From the IMG/VR virus record IMGVR_UViG_3300002520_000085, positions 1 to 64,000 of that record: a DNA stretch of 64,000 nt; one strand, given 5' to 3'. Shown in pieces: positions 48,571-58,216 of this stretch (position 1 is the first letter of the stretch; every line of letters starts with the position of its first letter). Position numbers and translations under genes: made by a program. The notes beneath the pieces were generated by a model. That model had not been told where the DNA came from and did no database searches. It was given only the letters and a program-made list of their open reading frames with translations. Origin of the DNA: a virus.

Positions 48571-49837
48571 AAAATTTATGGGGTTTAATAGAATTAATTG
48601 ATGTTAAACCAGCCGTAGCTGTACCCACAACTCCGAGTTTACGATCAATATTATTTTGTCCTGATTCCGTTAATAATCTACTACGATTAGCATACTCGCT
48701 AAACGTTTTAAGTACAGCATCTTTTCCGAATGAATTTTTAAGCGATTCAGAAATATTTTGCAATCCTGTTTTAGATTGCGCATCTCTTAAATCAGCTTTC
48801 ACTTGCTCTAACCATCTGTAAAAATTTTCACGTCTAACCGATCCTTCGTCGTTCCAACGATCTGCAAAATTTTCTTTCCTATTCGTAGGGTTGGAAATCC
48901 ATTCAACATCTTTGTTTAAGTTAGGATCAAAAACAAATTCTATTTCATCTTCCATACGATTAATTACCCCCCACAATGCATCAATTAACTCTTCTTCCTC
49001 TCGGTACGCACGAGCTGCTAAAGTTGTTATGATACAAGAAATAGGTTTTTGTTTTTTCACATCTTCATCTTGTTCATGAGTAAAATAAATATCACGATGT
49101 CTCTTTAAAAGTTGAACCACTTTTTGTAGTGGTAAACGTGCCTCTTGATACTCTGGTACAGGCTTTACAGCTTCATTCAATGAAAATGTTCTTTTTTTCA
49201 TCCCTTTAATTGTTTTAGCTATATTCATAAACCAAATAGCATACCCATAAGGATTGCTTTGTTTCCAAAATTCTGATCTAACTTCAGTATCATACCCACT
49301 CTCTTCTTTATCAGTAATACTTAATCGTAGTTGATCAAAATCCTCGTAACTATCCGCACTCATTGCCTTTTCCAATATGATTGCATAACCAGAAGATATT
49401 AATGCTGGTAAAATATCCATATGATATCTTTGATTCGCAGATTCAGTATTTTCTCTATAATTTAGTGTCCAACATCTACGTCCTTCTTCATCCAGCATTT
49501 CCCTATAGCGATCACTTTCTTTTAAACGATTACCTACAGCATTTTTTAAATGATATTGTGCCCAATTTTCTGGTTTTCTCTTGAATTCGCATACAACATC
49601 TAGATCGATATCATCATTAGGATCTATAGGCTGGATTGTTGTACCGATAATAAATGAACCTTGAGGTTTAATGTATGGCTGATAAACAGATAATGATGAA
49701 TTATCATTAGATAAAAATTTCCCGACTGCTTTATAACTTTGAATAGCAGCTTCATGTTGCGACTTAGAAATACTAAGATTTTTCACTAGAGTTTCTAGTA
49801 TTTCGTTAAATTGAAATTTGTGATTTGGTGTATTCAT
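48551..49837 (-). CDS. cGAS/DncV/OAS-like nucleotidyltransferase (CD-NTase-like)
   Basis: GSFIIGTTIQPIDPNDDIDLDVV (GS...DxD) and downstream HMDILPAL (third-Asp h-D-h-LPA pattern of OAS/cGAS-type NTases). 428 aa. 21 nt after the hsdM stop. Confidence 0.55.
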   Translation of the reverse strand: MNTPNHKFQFNEILETLVKNLSISKSQHEAAIQSYKAVGKFLSNDNSSLSVYQPYIKPQGSFIIGTTIQPIDPNDDIDLDVVCEFKRKPENWAQYHLKNAVGNRLKESDRYREMLDEEGRRCWTLNYRENTESANQRYHMDILPALISSGYAIILEKAMSADSYEDFDQLRLSITDKEESGYDTEVRSEFWKQSNPYGYAIWFMNIAKTIKGMKKRTFSLNEAVKPVPEYQEARLPLQKVVQLLKRHRDIYFTHEQDEDVKKQKPISCIITTLAARAYREEEELIDALWGVINRMEDEIEFVFDPNLNKDVEWISNPTNRKENFADRWNDEGSVRRENFYRWLEQVKADLRDAQSKTGLQNISESLKNSFGKDAVLKTFSEYANRSRLLTESGQNNIDRKLGVVGTATAGLTSINSIKPHKFFGIEED

Positions 49838-49858
49838 TATTAGTTTTTTTTAAAAAAT

Positions 49859-51388
49859 TTATATCAAATTTAATTCTTTAAGATATTGCTCCATCTTAGC
49901 TTCTGTTTCTGCTAATTGTTCTTTCAGGTTAACAATGTCTGTATGCACGTCTTTTATTTCTACTTGTGCTTCTTCCTCAAAAGTATCAATATAACGAGGG
50001 ATATTAAGGTTGTACTCATTATCCTTAATATCTTGAAGCGTTGCACGATAAGAAAATTTATCGGTAAGAACTTCACCTTTTTCGGTTTCTAAAGATGGAA
50101 GAGCTTTGAATTTTTTGAATTCGGCAACAATTTTATCAATGTTCGCATTGGACATTTTGTTTTGGTTTTTCCATGATTCAAACTCCGCACTCGCATCAAT
50201 AAACAATACGTCTTTATTTGCCCCTTTAGCTTTGTTGAATAAAAGAATAGCGGCAGGAATTCCTGTTCCATAAAATAAATTAGCCGGTAATCCAATAACT
50301 GCTTCTAGTAAATTTTCGTCTATTAATTGCTGACGAATTTTTCCTTCACTACTTCCTCTAAACAAAACACCGTGCGGAACAATAACGCCCACTTTACCTT
50401 TATCTTCGAAAGTAGTTTCTATCATATGCGTAATAAATGCGTAATCTCCTTTTGATTTTGGAGGCACACCACGATGGAAACGATTGAACTCGTCTGCTGC
50501 AGCCTGTTCTGCGCCCCATTTATCTAAAGAGAAAGGAGGATTAGCCACCACAATATCAAACTTCATTAAAGCATCTGCTTCTTTTAGTTGTGGATTATTA
50601 AGAGTATCTCCCCATTCGATTACCGCATTATCTTCTTCGTGCAAAAACATATTCATACGAGCTAAAGCCCAAGTAGAACCATTATTTTCTTGTCCGTACA
50701 ACGCATAATTTTTACCTTCGATTTCTTTTGCTACTTTAATGAGCAAAGAACCAGAGCCACAAGCAGGATCGCAAATACGGTCACCAGCTTGAGGATTTAT
50801 CAATTTAGCCAATAATGTACTGACTTCTGAAGGGGTATAAAATTCACCAGCTTTTTTTCCTGCTTCGCCCGCAAACATCGAAATCAAATATTCATAACTG
50901 TCGCCAATCACATCATTGTTTGCCAAATGCGAGGGCTCTAAATTAAGTTCTGATAAATCTGTTAAAAGATTTTTCAAGATTTGGTTACGTTGTTTAGTTG
51001 GACCAAAAGCCGTTTCCGAATTGAATGAAATACTACGAAAAACCATTGCCAGTTTTGAACGGTTTTCATCTTCCAATTTCGTTAAAGCGATGTCTATTAG
51101 TTCGCCAATGTTGCTTTCGTTTCGGTTTTCAAATAAAAAATCGAAAGAACTTTGTTCAGGTAAAAAGAAACGCTCCCGTTTTAATTGACGTTTTACCATA
51201 TCTTCGTTGCCGTCGTACTTTATTCTTAATTCATTGGCTTTCTCTTTCCATACGTCCGATAAATATTTAACGAAAAGCAAGGTTAAAATATAATCTTTAT
51301 AAGAGCCACTTCCCATTACAGGTCTTAGAGAATCACAAGCTTTCCAAACGATTCTATTAATGTCTTGTTGTGTTAGTTTTGTTTCCAT
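49859..51388 (-). CDS. hsdM: Type I R-M DNA methyltransferase subunit (HsdM), N6-adenine
   Basis: DPACGSGSLL (motif I) and VVANPPFS (motif IV NPPF), 509 aa. Confidence 0.9.
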   Translation of the reverse strand: METKLTQQDINRIVWKACDSLRPVMGSGSYKDYILTLLFVKYLSDVWKEKANELRIKYDGNEDMVKRQLKRERFFLPEQSSFDFLFENRNESNIGELIDIALTKLEDENRSKLAMVFRSISFNSETAFGPTKQRNQILKNLLTDLSELNLEPSHLANNDVIGDSYEYLISMFAGEAGKKAGEFYTPSEVSTLLAKLINPQAGDRICDPACGSGSLLIKVAKEIEGKNYALYGQENNGSTWALARMNMFLHEEDNAVIEWGDTLNNPQLKEADALMKFDIVVANPPFSLDKWGAEQAAADEFNRFHRGVPPKSKGDYAFITHMIETTFEDKGKVGVIVPHGVLFRGSSEGKIRQQLIDENLLEAVIGLPANLFYGTGIPAAILLFNKAKGANKDVLFIDASAEFESWKNQNKMSNANIDKIVAEFKKFKALPSLETEKGEVLTDKFSYRATLQDIKDNEYNLNIPRYIDTFEEEAQVEIKDVHTDIVNLKEQLAETEAKMEQYLKELNLI

Positions 51389-51389
51389 A

Positions 51390-51974
51390 TTATTTGCTAA
51401 AATTATTAATGATTTGATTGAACAATACTTGTTTTTTTTCTTTCAACTGTTCAAGAATTTCTATTTCTTTTTTATGAATTTTATACATATCTACAATTTT
51501 TTTCTGCATTTCCATCGAATGTATAGGAATTTCAAAATCTAACAACTCTTTCTTTCTTATCGATGGAATGGAACTTCCTGCGCTTACCTGATTAAAATAG
51601 GAAATACTTTTGGAGTGGTTTAAAATACACGTCACATAATCTGGTAAAACCACCGTTGAATCTACTTTTATAATATAGAAAATAGAAGAAGCAACAGCGT
51701 CTCCCATTTCTTTATCGTATTTAAAAGCAAAAAACTTCATTCCTTTGCTTACAAAAAGAATTTCATCCTGTCTAAGAAGGATATTTTCTGAAATTTCATC
51801 AGCATTTACATAAGAATCTACATTATTCAGATACATTCCATTGTCTGAAAAGTTTTTCACTTGCAGATAAGGAATCCCCTTTTTATTAGATGCTTTTATA
51901 TATTGCCCGAAACTTAAAGCACAAATGTTTTGCAACTTTGTTTTGGTAATTTTAATCATTGTAGAGTTTTTCAA
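51390..51974 (-). CDS. hsdS: half-size HsdS (single TRD plus conserved C-terminal repeat)
   Basis: IPSIRKKELLDFEIPIHSMEMQKKIVDMY...ILEQLKEKKQVLFNQII is the conserved HsdS region; 194 aa; stop is 1 nt from the hsdM start. Confidence 0.7.
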   Translation of the reverse strand: MKNSTMIKITKTKLQNICALSFGQYIKASNKKGIPYLQVKNFSDNGMYLNNVDSYVNADEISENILLRQDEILFVSKGMKFFAFKYDKEMGDAVASSIFYIIKVDSTVVLPDYVTCILNHSKSISYFNQVSAGSSIPSIRKKELLDFEIPIHSMEMQKKIVDMYKIHKKEIEILEQLKEKKQVLFNQIINNFSK

Positions 51975-52114
51975 ATATCATTTTGCAAATATAGAATTAT
52001 ATTTCTGAATTCACAAAATAATTTTTTGTAGAATTTTTCAAAAAAATACATTTTTCAAAAATCTATTCTAAATAATTTATGATAAAAAATAAAAAAAATT
52101 AATATTAAGAACAA

Positions 52115-53269
52115 TTACCTTCTTGGTTTTATGTTTTTTTGAACATTCTCTATTTCTTGTGATTGTCTATTATTATTCCCACCACCCAACAAATTCAAAA
52201 GATAAGCTGTTTTATTTGAATCCTTAAAAACCTCCTCAAAAGCCGAAACAGGAATTTGATTTTCTTTTGAAGTTTTTTCCAATATCTCAATCATTTTATC
52301 TTTTCGTTCAGCATCGTTTAAACTGTGAAGATTCGGAATTTTTATACTTTCTTGTATGATGGCTTTTTTAAGTGTGTTTTCTACAGATCCTAAATATTTT
52401 TTCTTTTCAACAGCAAAAGCCTTTTCATTGGTCAGGAGTGTGGAGTTTTTGCTTTTGAAAAAGAAAACTTCTTTTTTTAGACTTTCAATCTTGGTATTGA
52501 GTTCTGCTATCTGTTTCTCTTTGGAGTCCAGTTCTGTTTTATTTTTAAGAAGTTGAATATTATTTGTTTTGATTGCCTTTTTGTAGTTTTCAATGGTTTT
52601 GTCCGTTTTTATTTTCTGAAAACCAAGAAAATCGGATTCTTTAACAATTAAATCTTCAGATTTTTTAGACTCCACCTCTTGTTGCATTTGGCTGTATCGT
52701 TCCTCCAAAATTTTCAAATCTTCTTCCTTTTTCTTGATTTTAAATTCAACTGCTTCTAATCTTGCTAACGAACCTGAAATTCCTCTTTCCATTTCCAAAC
52801 ATTCCGCCGCTAAATCCTGCATTTTAGAATAGTGAAAAGATTGATGCTTTAGCATTTTTCCAGTTTCCAAATCTTGCCAATCTGCAACTAAATGAGCGTG
52901 ATAATTCGGTTTCCATTCTTTGGTGTCTTTATCATAATGACCTTCATCTTTATGTATGGCAATCTGAAAAATTCGGATTTTAAGTTCTTCTTCTAGTCTT
53001 TTTGACAAATTATGCAAATCCTGCATCGTCGTATTTTCTTTAATTACAACCACAGCTTCCCGAACTGGCATTGCATTTTTCTGTAATTTTCTTCCTGATT
53101 TTTCTTTGCAAAAAGCTTCTATTTTTAACAGTCGATCAGCAATCTTTTGTTCCATCCAATATTCATTTTTGTGAGTTAAATCTTTGCGGATGTAATCAAA
53201 AGATTTCTTTCTGAAATTATGAATTTCGGAATCAGATTTTACTACTTTAAAATTGATGGAAGTTTTCAT
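52115..53269 (-). CDS. MobV-family (Mob_Pre) mobilisation relaxase
   Basis: N-terminal relaxase domain with NYHAHLV histidine motif; coiled-coil C-terminus; 384 aa. Confidence 0.7.
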   Translation of the reverse strand: MKTSINFKVVKSDSEIHNFRKKSFDYIRKDLTHKNEYWMEQKIADRLLKIEAFCKEKSGRKLQKNAMPVREAVVVIKENTTMQDLHNLSKRLEEELKIRIFQIAIHKDEGHYDKDTKEWKPNYHAHLVADWQDLETGKMLKHQSFHYSKMQDLAAECLEMERGISGSLARLEAVEFKIKKKEEDLKILEERYSQMQQEVESKKSEDLIVKESDFLGFQKIKTDKTIENYKKAIKTNNIQLLKNKTELDSKEKQIAELNTKIESLKKEVFFFKSKNSTLLTNEKAFAVEKKKYLGSVENTLKKAIIQESIKIPNLHSLNDAERKDKMIEILEKTSKENQIPVSAFEEVFKDSNKTAYLLNLLGGGNNNRQSQEIENVQKNIKPRR

Positions 53270-53279
53270 TTTTATTTAA

Positions 53280-53420
53280 ATTTGATGTATTAAACCTGTA
53301 ACTTTTTTATTCAGGGTAACTAACAACCTGTATCTATTTTATACAGGGTAACTGATACCCTTGCTTTATTTTAAAAGGTTCTGGGGAATTAAACCTTGTA
53401 CTATTTTTTACAGGTTAAAG
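53280..53420. promoter_or_regulatory. oriT-like region with CAGGGTAACT / AACCTGTA repeats upstream of mob
   Basis: ttcagggtaactaacaacctgt...atacagggtaactgatacc...aaaccttgtact...tacaggttaaag. Confidence 0.4.
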
Positions 53421-53527
53421 CCTCGCAGAGCGAAGAAGAAACTTTGTTGGGAGAGCATCGACCTTCAAAGTTGCGAATGAGCTCCTAACTTCTGCGTGTA
53501 GTTGGTAAAAAATATCCGCACGCATAA

Positions 53528-54333
53528 TCAGCGTTTTCTTTTGTAAGTTTGATGAGCTTGATTGATTTCGTTTTCCTCCTGTTCTTGTTTTGGGTTCAAT
53601 TCTATCCGCTGTTGTTTTTCGATTTCAGTGTTATTTCTGAAAACGAAGTAGTCATTCAAATCTTTATGAAGAGCATAAATTTCGGAATGATCTTTTGCTT
53701 CGGGAAATGATTTCAGAATTTCATTTTTACAAGTTTCACCTGCTTTATCATTGTCTAAAAACAAATGGATTTCGGAATAATTTTTTAAATAGCCTTTAAA
53801 AAATGGTTTCATCTCCACAAAAGACAAAGCATCCATAAATCCTTCAAAAACGACTATTCTTTTTCCTGTTTCATTTTGACCTTGGCTTTCATTATTGAAA
53901 TTTACAATTGAAATATCCTTTTTCAGAACTGATCCTTTGTAAAAGGAATTTCTAAGCTCCCAACCTCCAGAAAAATTTTCAAAACCAATAGCGTAAAGTT
54001 TCTTTTCTCCAATGGTAAAATGAATTTCTTTAACTAACGGATATACTACTTTTGAAAGCCCTCTTTGATGAAGATAGCTTTTAAGATGTTCGTTATGGAG
54101 TTTTTTGATTTCGGTGATTTGATAATTTGGTTTTGAATTTATTGAATGAATAACATTCTGCTGTTGAAAAGAAGAAAAATTTTGCTTTTCTGCCCGAGTT
54201 TAAAAGAGGCTTGGGTTTCTGTGGAAAAAGGATTAAGATACCAAGCTTCTTTTTCATTTTGTTTCGTTGGATGGTGTCCGAGTGAAATAAGGACTTCTTC
54301 CAACTTTACAGAGTTGAATTGGTTGCAGTTCAT
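53528..54333 (-). pseudogene. degraded toprim/primase-like gene (fragments 54139-54333 and 53528-53836 in different frames)
   Basis: 53528..53836 carries the TOPRIM-like LFLDNDKAGE. The 54139..54333 fragment is primase-N-like. No intact ORF spans them. Confidence 0.4.
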
Positions 54334-54339
54334 AAGTGT

Positions 54340-54600
54340 AAAATGTTAGGGGTTGATTTTTGGAAATATTTTGATGAAATGATGAGAAAACCGTATAATG
54401 ATTTGACTGTAAGTAAAATACATTCTCATCAAAGTATCATCATCTCATCAAACTTCAAATTTTTTGCTCATCGGTCTTTCATCAAAAATCAAGGTTTTAA
54501 AATTTGATGAGGATTTTGATGAGATATAAATTGTTGATTTTCTTCTTATTATCAATTAATTCATCATTTCATCAAATTTTTGAAGAATAAAATCTTTTTT
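54340..54600. repeat. iteron-like TCATCAAA/TTTGATGA repeats (at least 8 copies, both orientations), putative element ori
   Basis: tttgatgaaatgatgag, catctcatcaaacttc, tttcatcaaaaatc, atttgatgaggattttgatgagat, ttcatcatttcatcaaattt. Confidence 0.55.
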
Positions 54601-55794
54601 TATCGTGAAGTAGCGTCCTGTTTTATTCGATTGATAAAAACTTCCACTATAATCAATATCATATTTTATGTAAGCCAAAGAGTTATTTTGTGGTTCTAGT
54701 TTCCAGCTTTCTTTAAGGAGTTTTCTGATGTCGTTTACAGTCCAATAATGGTTTCTGAACATTCTTCCGAGCATATTGAAAATATCTTGCGGAATGACTT
54801 GGATTTCTTTTTCTTCGGTACTCTCAAAAAACTCGTACAAAAGCTCAATAATTTTTGATTCAAGTTTGTTATTATTCTTCCATACTAACTTCTGTAAAGC
54901 CTTTGTTCTTATCTCGGAATCAGTAAACCACATTCGGGTTTGTTTCTGGCTAAAGAACGATCTTTGAATCAGATAGCGAAGGAAATAGGGAATTTCTTTA
55001 ATTAGGTTTTGCAGGAATTCAGTATTCTCTGTTTTTATAGATTTAACTTTGATAATCCAAAACCGAATTTCTTCTTCATCAATCTGAATAAAATTATCTT
55101 CATTGTTGGAACAAAGAATGAATTTTCCAAAAAATTCAACTTCCTCACGATCTTTTCCTTTCGCTTCTTTCTTGTCTTTATCGGTTGTGGAAAGGTATTT
55201 TAATCGTTCTGTGATTTCTTTTTTATCAAAAAACACTTCATCAATAGCTACAATGAGCATTGAAGCCCAATCCGAATTGAATTGACTGCTGAATGAATCT
55301 CCTTTAATGTAGGTCATATTCAACCCGAAAATGGATTTGAGCCATTTGATAAAAGTGGATTTTCCCGTAGAACGCTCTTTGCTTACCAAACATAAAATCG
55401 GAAGCATTTGGGTAGGTTTTTCAAGCAAGATTTTGATATAATCTAAACCCAACTCAAGCTGTTCTCCGAAAATATGTTCCATAAAGTTCAGGGAAAACTG
55501 AATTTTTTCTTTGAGAGCATCTGAATTTAGGCTTTCTTCAATTGGTTGATAAGGAATTTCATTGTATATATTGTAAAATCCTTCAATTATTTTTTCATAA
55601 TTCAGATGATTGGGAATACAGCAAAAACCGTCATATTTCGGAACTTGTGAAACATAAGTTTTTCCGTAGTCGCTGATAATGGTTTCCCGATTCCAACGAA
55701 CCAGTATGGAAATTTTATCGCCTGAAATTAAGGGTTTTTCTATGGTTTTGTAGTAGGTGGTTCCTACTCTTAGGTAAAGAATTTTTTCGCTCAT
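54556..55794 (-). CDS. P-loop NTPase replication protein (VirE / primase-C-terminal-like)
   Basis: Walker A ERSTGKSTFIKW and Walker B-like LIVAIDEVFF; 412 aa; adjacent iterons. Confidence 0.55.
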   Translation of the reverse strand: MSEKILYLRVGTTYYKTIEKPLISGDKISILVRWNRETIISDYGKTYVSQVPKYDGFCCIPNHLNYEKIIEGFYNIYNEIPYQPIEESLNSDALKEKIQFSLNFMEHIFGEQLELGLDYIKILLEKPTQMLPILCLVSKERSTGKSTFIKWLKSIFGLNMTYIKGDSFSSQFNSDWASMLIVAIDEVFFDKKEITERLKYLSTTDKDKKEAKGKDREEVEFFGKFILCSNNEDNFIQIDEEEIRFWIIKVKSIKTENTEFLQNLIKEIPYFLRYLIQRSFFSQKQTRMWFTDSEIRTKALQKLVWKNNNKLESKIIELLYEFFESTEEKEIQVIPQDIFNMLGRMFRNHYWTVNDIRKLLKESWKLEPQNNSLAYIKYDIDYSGSFYQSNKTGRYFTIKKDFILQKFDEMMN

Positions 55795-55867
55795 TTTTTT
55801 GGATTTTAATTCCGTGGGAATACGGAAGGTTAGGGAATGGTGTTTTGGATAAACAAATGAAAAATGT

Positions 55868-56146
55868 TTATCTTTTGTACTTCAATGATTTTACTTCATT
55901 TAAAGCATTCATCAAATCCAAGTGATTGATACGATAAAATCTGCCTATTTTTTCGGCTTTGATATTCCCTTTGAGAACGTGGGAGCGAACCGTTTGATAA
56001 TCTAACTTCAAAATTTCTGATGCCTCTTTAAAGGAATAAAATTTTTTTTTTAGTTCAATTTCGGGTTCTTTTTTTATGGAATAGATAAGTTCTTTTAACT
56101 CTTCTAATCCGTCCATAATGGGTTGAAATGGATTGACTGTTTGCAT
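55868..56146 (-). CDS. HTH excisionase/DNA-binding protein (Xis-like, HTH_17 type)
   Basis: FKEASEILKLDYQTVRSHVLKGNIKAEKIGRFYRI; 92 aa; upstream of the integrase. Confidence 0.6.
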   Translation of the reverse strand: MQTVNPFQPIMDGLEELKELIYSIKKEPEIELKKKFYSFKEASEILKLDYQTVRSHVLKGNIKAEKIGRFYRINHLDLMNALNEVKSLKYKR

Positions 56147-56223
56147 ATATTTATTTTAAAATTCTATGCAAATATTCCTCGTTTATGTGTTTAATCTATA
56201 AATTATAGTAAATTCAGTAAAAT

Positions 56224-56952
56224 TTAATACTTTATCATAAATTCTTTTGATAAGTCATCAAATAGTTTTTTCTCCTCGTCTTTGGTTGGGTAGGGTGTAG
56301 CACTAGAAAAAGAAGAAGGAGATATTTCGAAATTAAAATCGTCTTTCAAAAATTTTACTATGTCAATATTTTTGACTTTTTTTATAATACCATTTTTTTT
56401 GAGAAAAGTTAAGATGCCCGCAAAAAAGATAATCGGGATGTCTATTTTGTTATTTTCATTCAAGTAAGAATTATTCTTCATTATTGAAATGAATTTATTA
56501 TAGTTTTCCTTATTTGCAAAGATTGATTGGAATGTTTTTTTAGGCTTTTTATTCTCATTTATAATGAAATAATAAAAAAGCGTTTCTTGTGCACCTTTTA
56601 AAAAATTTTCTTCTAAAACTACAGTGTTGGCAGCAGATAATAAGCTTTTGGATTCTTTAGCATACTTTTTTAAACAATACTTTATTTTATCTTCGAAAGT
56701 ATGTTCATTGGAATTTTCCAGCGCTTTAAAGTGTGTGGCAAAAAAATTTTCAATGTTATTATATTCTATTTGAGCTTCAAATTTCTCCAGCTCATTTAAC
56801 TTTACATTAGCAGCTTTTTCTCTAATAGCATTAATAATATCATAAAGCAATTCTTTTATATTTTTTCCTTTAATAATTCGACTGACAATAAAAGGTATTG
56901 CTATAATTTCTGCACCAGGATTGTATTTGAGATATAAATTGTTTTGTTTCAT
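56224..56952 (-). CDS. hypothetical protein (242 aa) coupled to the integrase
   Basis: ORF with its start overlapping the integrase stop. Confidence 0.45.
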   Translation of the reverse strand: MKQNNLYLKYNPGAEIIAIPFIVSRIIKGKNIKELLYDIINAIREKAANVKLNELEKFEAQIEYNNIENFFATHFKALENSNEHTFEDKIKYCLKKYAKESKSLLSAANTVVLEENFLKGAQETLFYYFIINENKKPKKTFQSIFANKENYNKFISIMKNNSYLNENNKIDIPIIFFAGILTFLKKNGIIKKVKNIDIVKFLKDDFNFEISPSSFSSATPYPTKDEEKKLFDDLSKEFMIKY

Positions 56953-58193
56953 TATTTAAAAACTTCATTCATATAATTAACTTTATCTTCTTCGCTCGGG
57001 CGGTAATAATTATTGAAAACCTCCAAACTTCTATGTCCAGTATAAGACATAATTACCTTATCTGGAACTCGTTTATTTTTCATTATTGTAATAAAACTTC
57101 TTCTAGCGGTATGGCTGGATATTCTTTCCCAAAACTCAGATTTTTTATCTATCAATTCATCGCCATATCTCATTGTCTTTTTTATTTCATCCGTAAACGC
57201 CATTTTCTGAAAAACTTCCTTTATAAATTTGTTCATTCTTTGATTGGAAATACTTGGAAGTGCATAATCATACTTTTCTAAAATCGCTCGTGAGATACTG
57301 TTCAATGGAATTGAGAGATTTTTAGTTTTGCTTTTCAAATCGACTACACGAATAAAATCTCCTTGAATATCTTCTTTTGAAATACTACTGTAATTTCCAA
57401 AACGCATCCCTGTAACACAACCCAAAACAAATAAATCTCTTACTCTTTCTAATCGTTTATTTTTGGTGAAATCGTAATTGTAAATCTCTTCCACTTGCTG
57501 ATAGTTTAATGCAATTTCGTCTGTCCTGAATTTTGATGGCTTTTTGAAATTGAGAAAACTATTATTGTATGTATATTTCTTTTCAAAAGACCATCCTAAA
57601 AAGGTTTTTAACAATCCAACATTACGATGAACAGTATTTGCCGAATGCTTCTTTTCTTCAATACAGTATTTAAGAAATTTGTTATAAAGTTTTTCATCAA
57701 AATTTCCGAGGGTAATTTTAACTTTATAATCTTTTTGGAAATCTTCAAGCAAAGTCTTGTTACATTTATACCTTTTTAGTGTCGAAATAGAAATAGAATT
57801 TCCTGTATAATCGTTTTCTTTTTCATTTAAAAAATCCTGATAAACTCTAAAAAAATCACTTTTTACAGTTACCTTTTTAAAATGTTCATCAAATCTCTGT
57901 TTAATTACGTCCGTGGTCAGTTCTTCATTAATATTCTTATAACGATTAACTATCTCAGTGAAAAAACCACTATATCTATCTAATTGCTTTTTAATACTTC
58001 TGTGATTTTCTGCTTTTTGAGTTCTTCCATTCAAATCATTTGGCTGTCTATTTTCAAAATCCCATTCAGATGGTTTTATTTTTTCTCCAGTAGAGTAGAT
58101 GAAATTCTTATTTTCATTCCCAAAATAAGAGCGGAAATAAATAAGAGTTTCCTTTTCGCTATTAGGTTCTTTGAGTTTAAATGTTGAATTCAT
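56952..58193 (-). CDS. tyrosine integrase of the tmRNA-associated mobilisable element
   Basis: C-terminal HTARRSFITIMKNKRVPDKVIMSYTGHRSLEVFNNYYRP catalytic motifs; 413 aa. Confidence 0.8.
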   Translation of the reverse strand: MNSTFKLKEPNSEKETLIYFRSYFGNENKNFIYSTGEKIKPSEWDFENRQPNDLNGRTQKAENHRSIKKQLDRYSGFFTEIVNRYKNINEELTTDVIKQRFDEHFKKVTVKSDFFRVYQDFLNEKENDYTGNSISISTLKRYKCNKTLLEDFQKDYKVKITLGNFDEKLYNKFLKYCIEEKKHSANTVHRNVGLLKTFLGWSFEKKYTYNNSFLNFKKPSKFRTDEIALNYQQVEEIYNYDFTKNKRLERVRDLFVLGCVTGMRFGNYSSISKEDIQGDFIRVVDLKSKTKNLSIPLNSISRAILEKYDYALPSISNQRMNKFIKEVFQKMAFTDEIKKTMRYGDELIDKKSEFWERISSHTARRSFITIMKNKRVPDKVIMSYTGHRSLEVFNNYYRPSEEDKVNYMNEVFK

Positions 58194-58216
58194 TAGGTGC
58201 TAAAATAGGTGCTAAT
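58193..58216. repeat. 24-bp direct repeat TTAGGTGCTAAAATAGGTGCTAAT (right copy)
   Basis: Matches 39211-39234 at 23/24; abuts the integrase start codon. Confidence 0.55.

Noticed and set aside
54139-54507. Short ORFs 54146-54349 (+) and 54319-54507 (+)
   Set aside because: They overlap the degraded primase fragments and the iteron field. They are likely non-coding.
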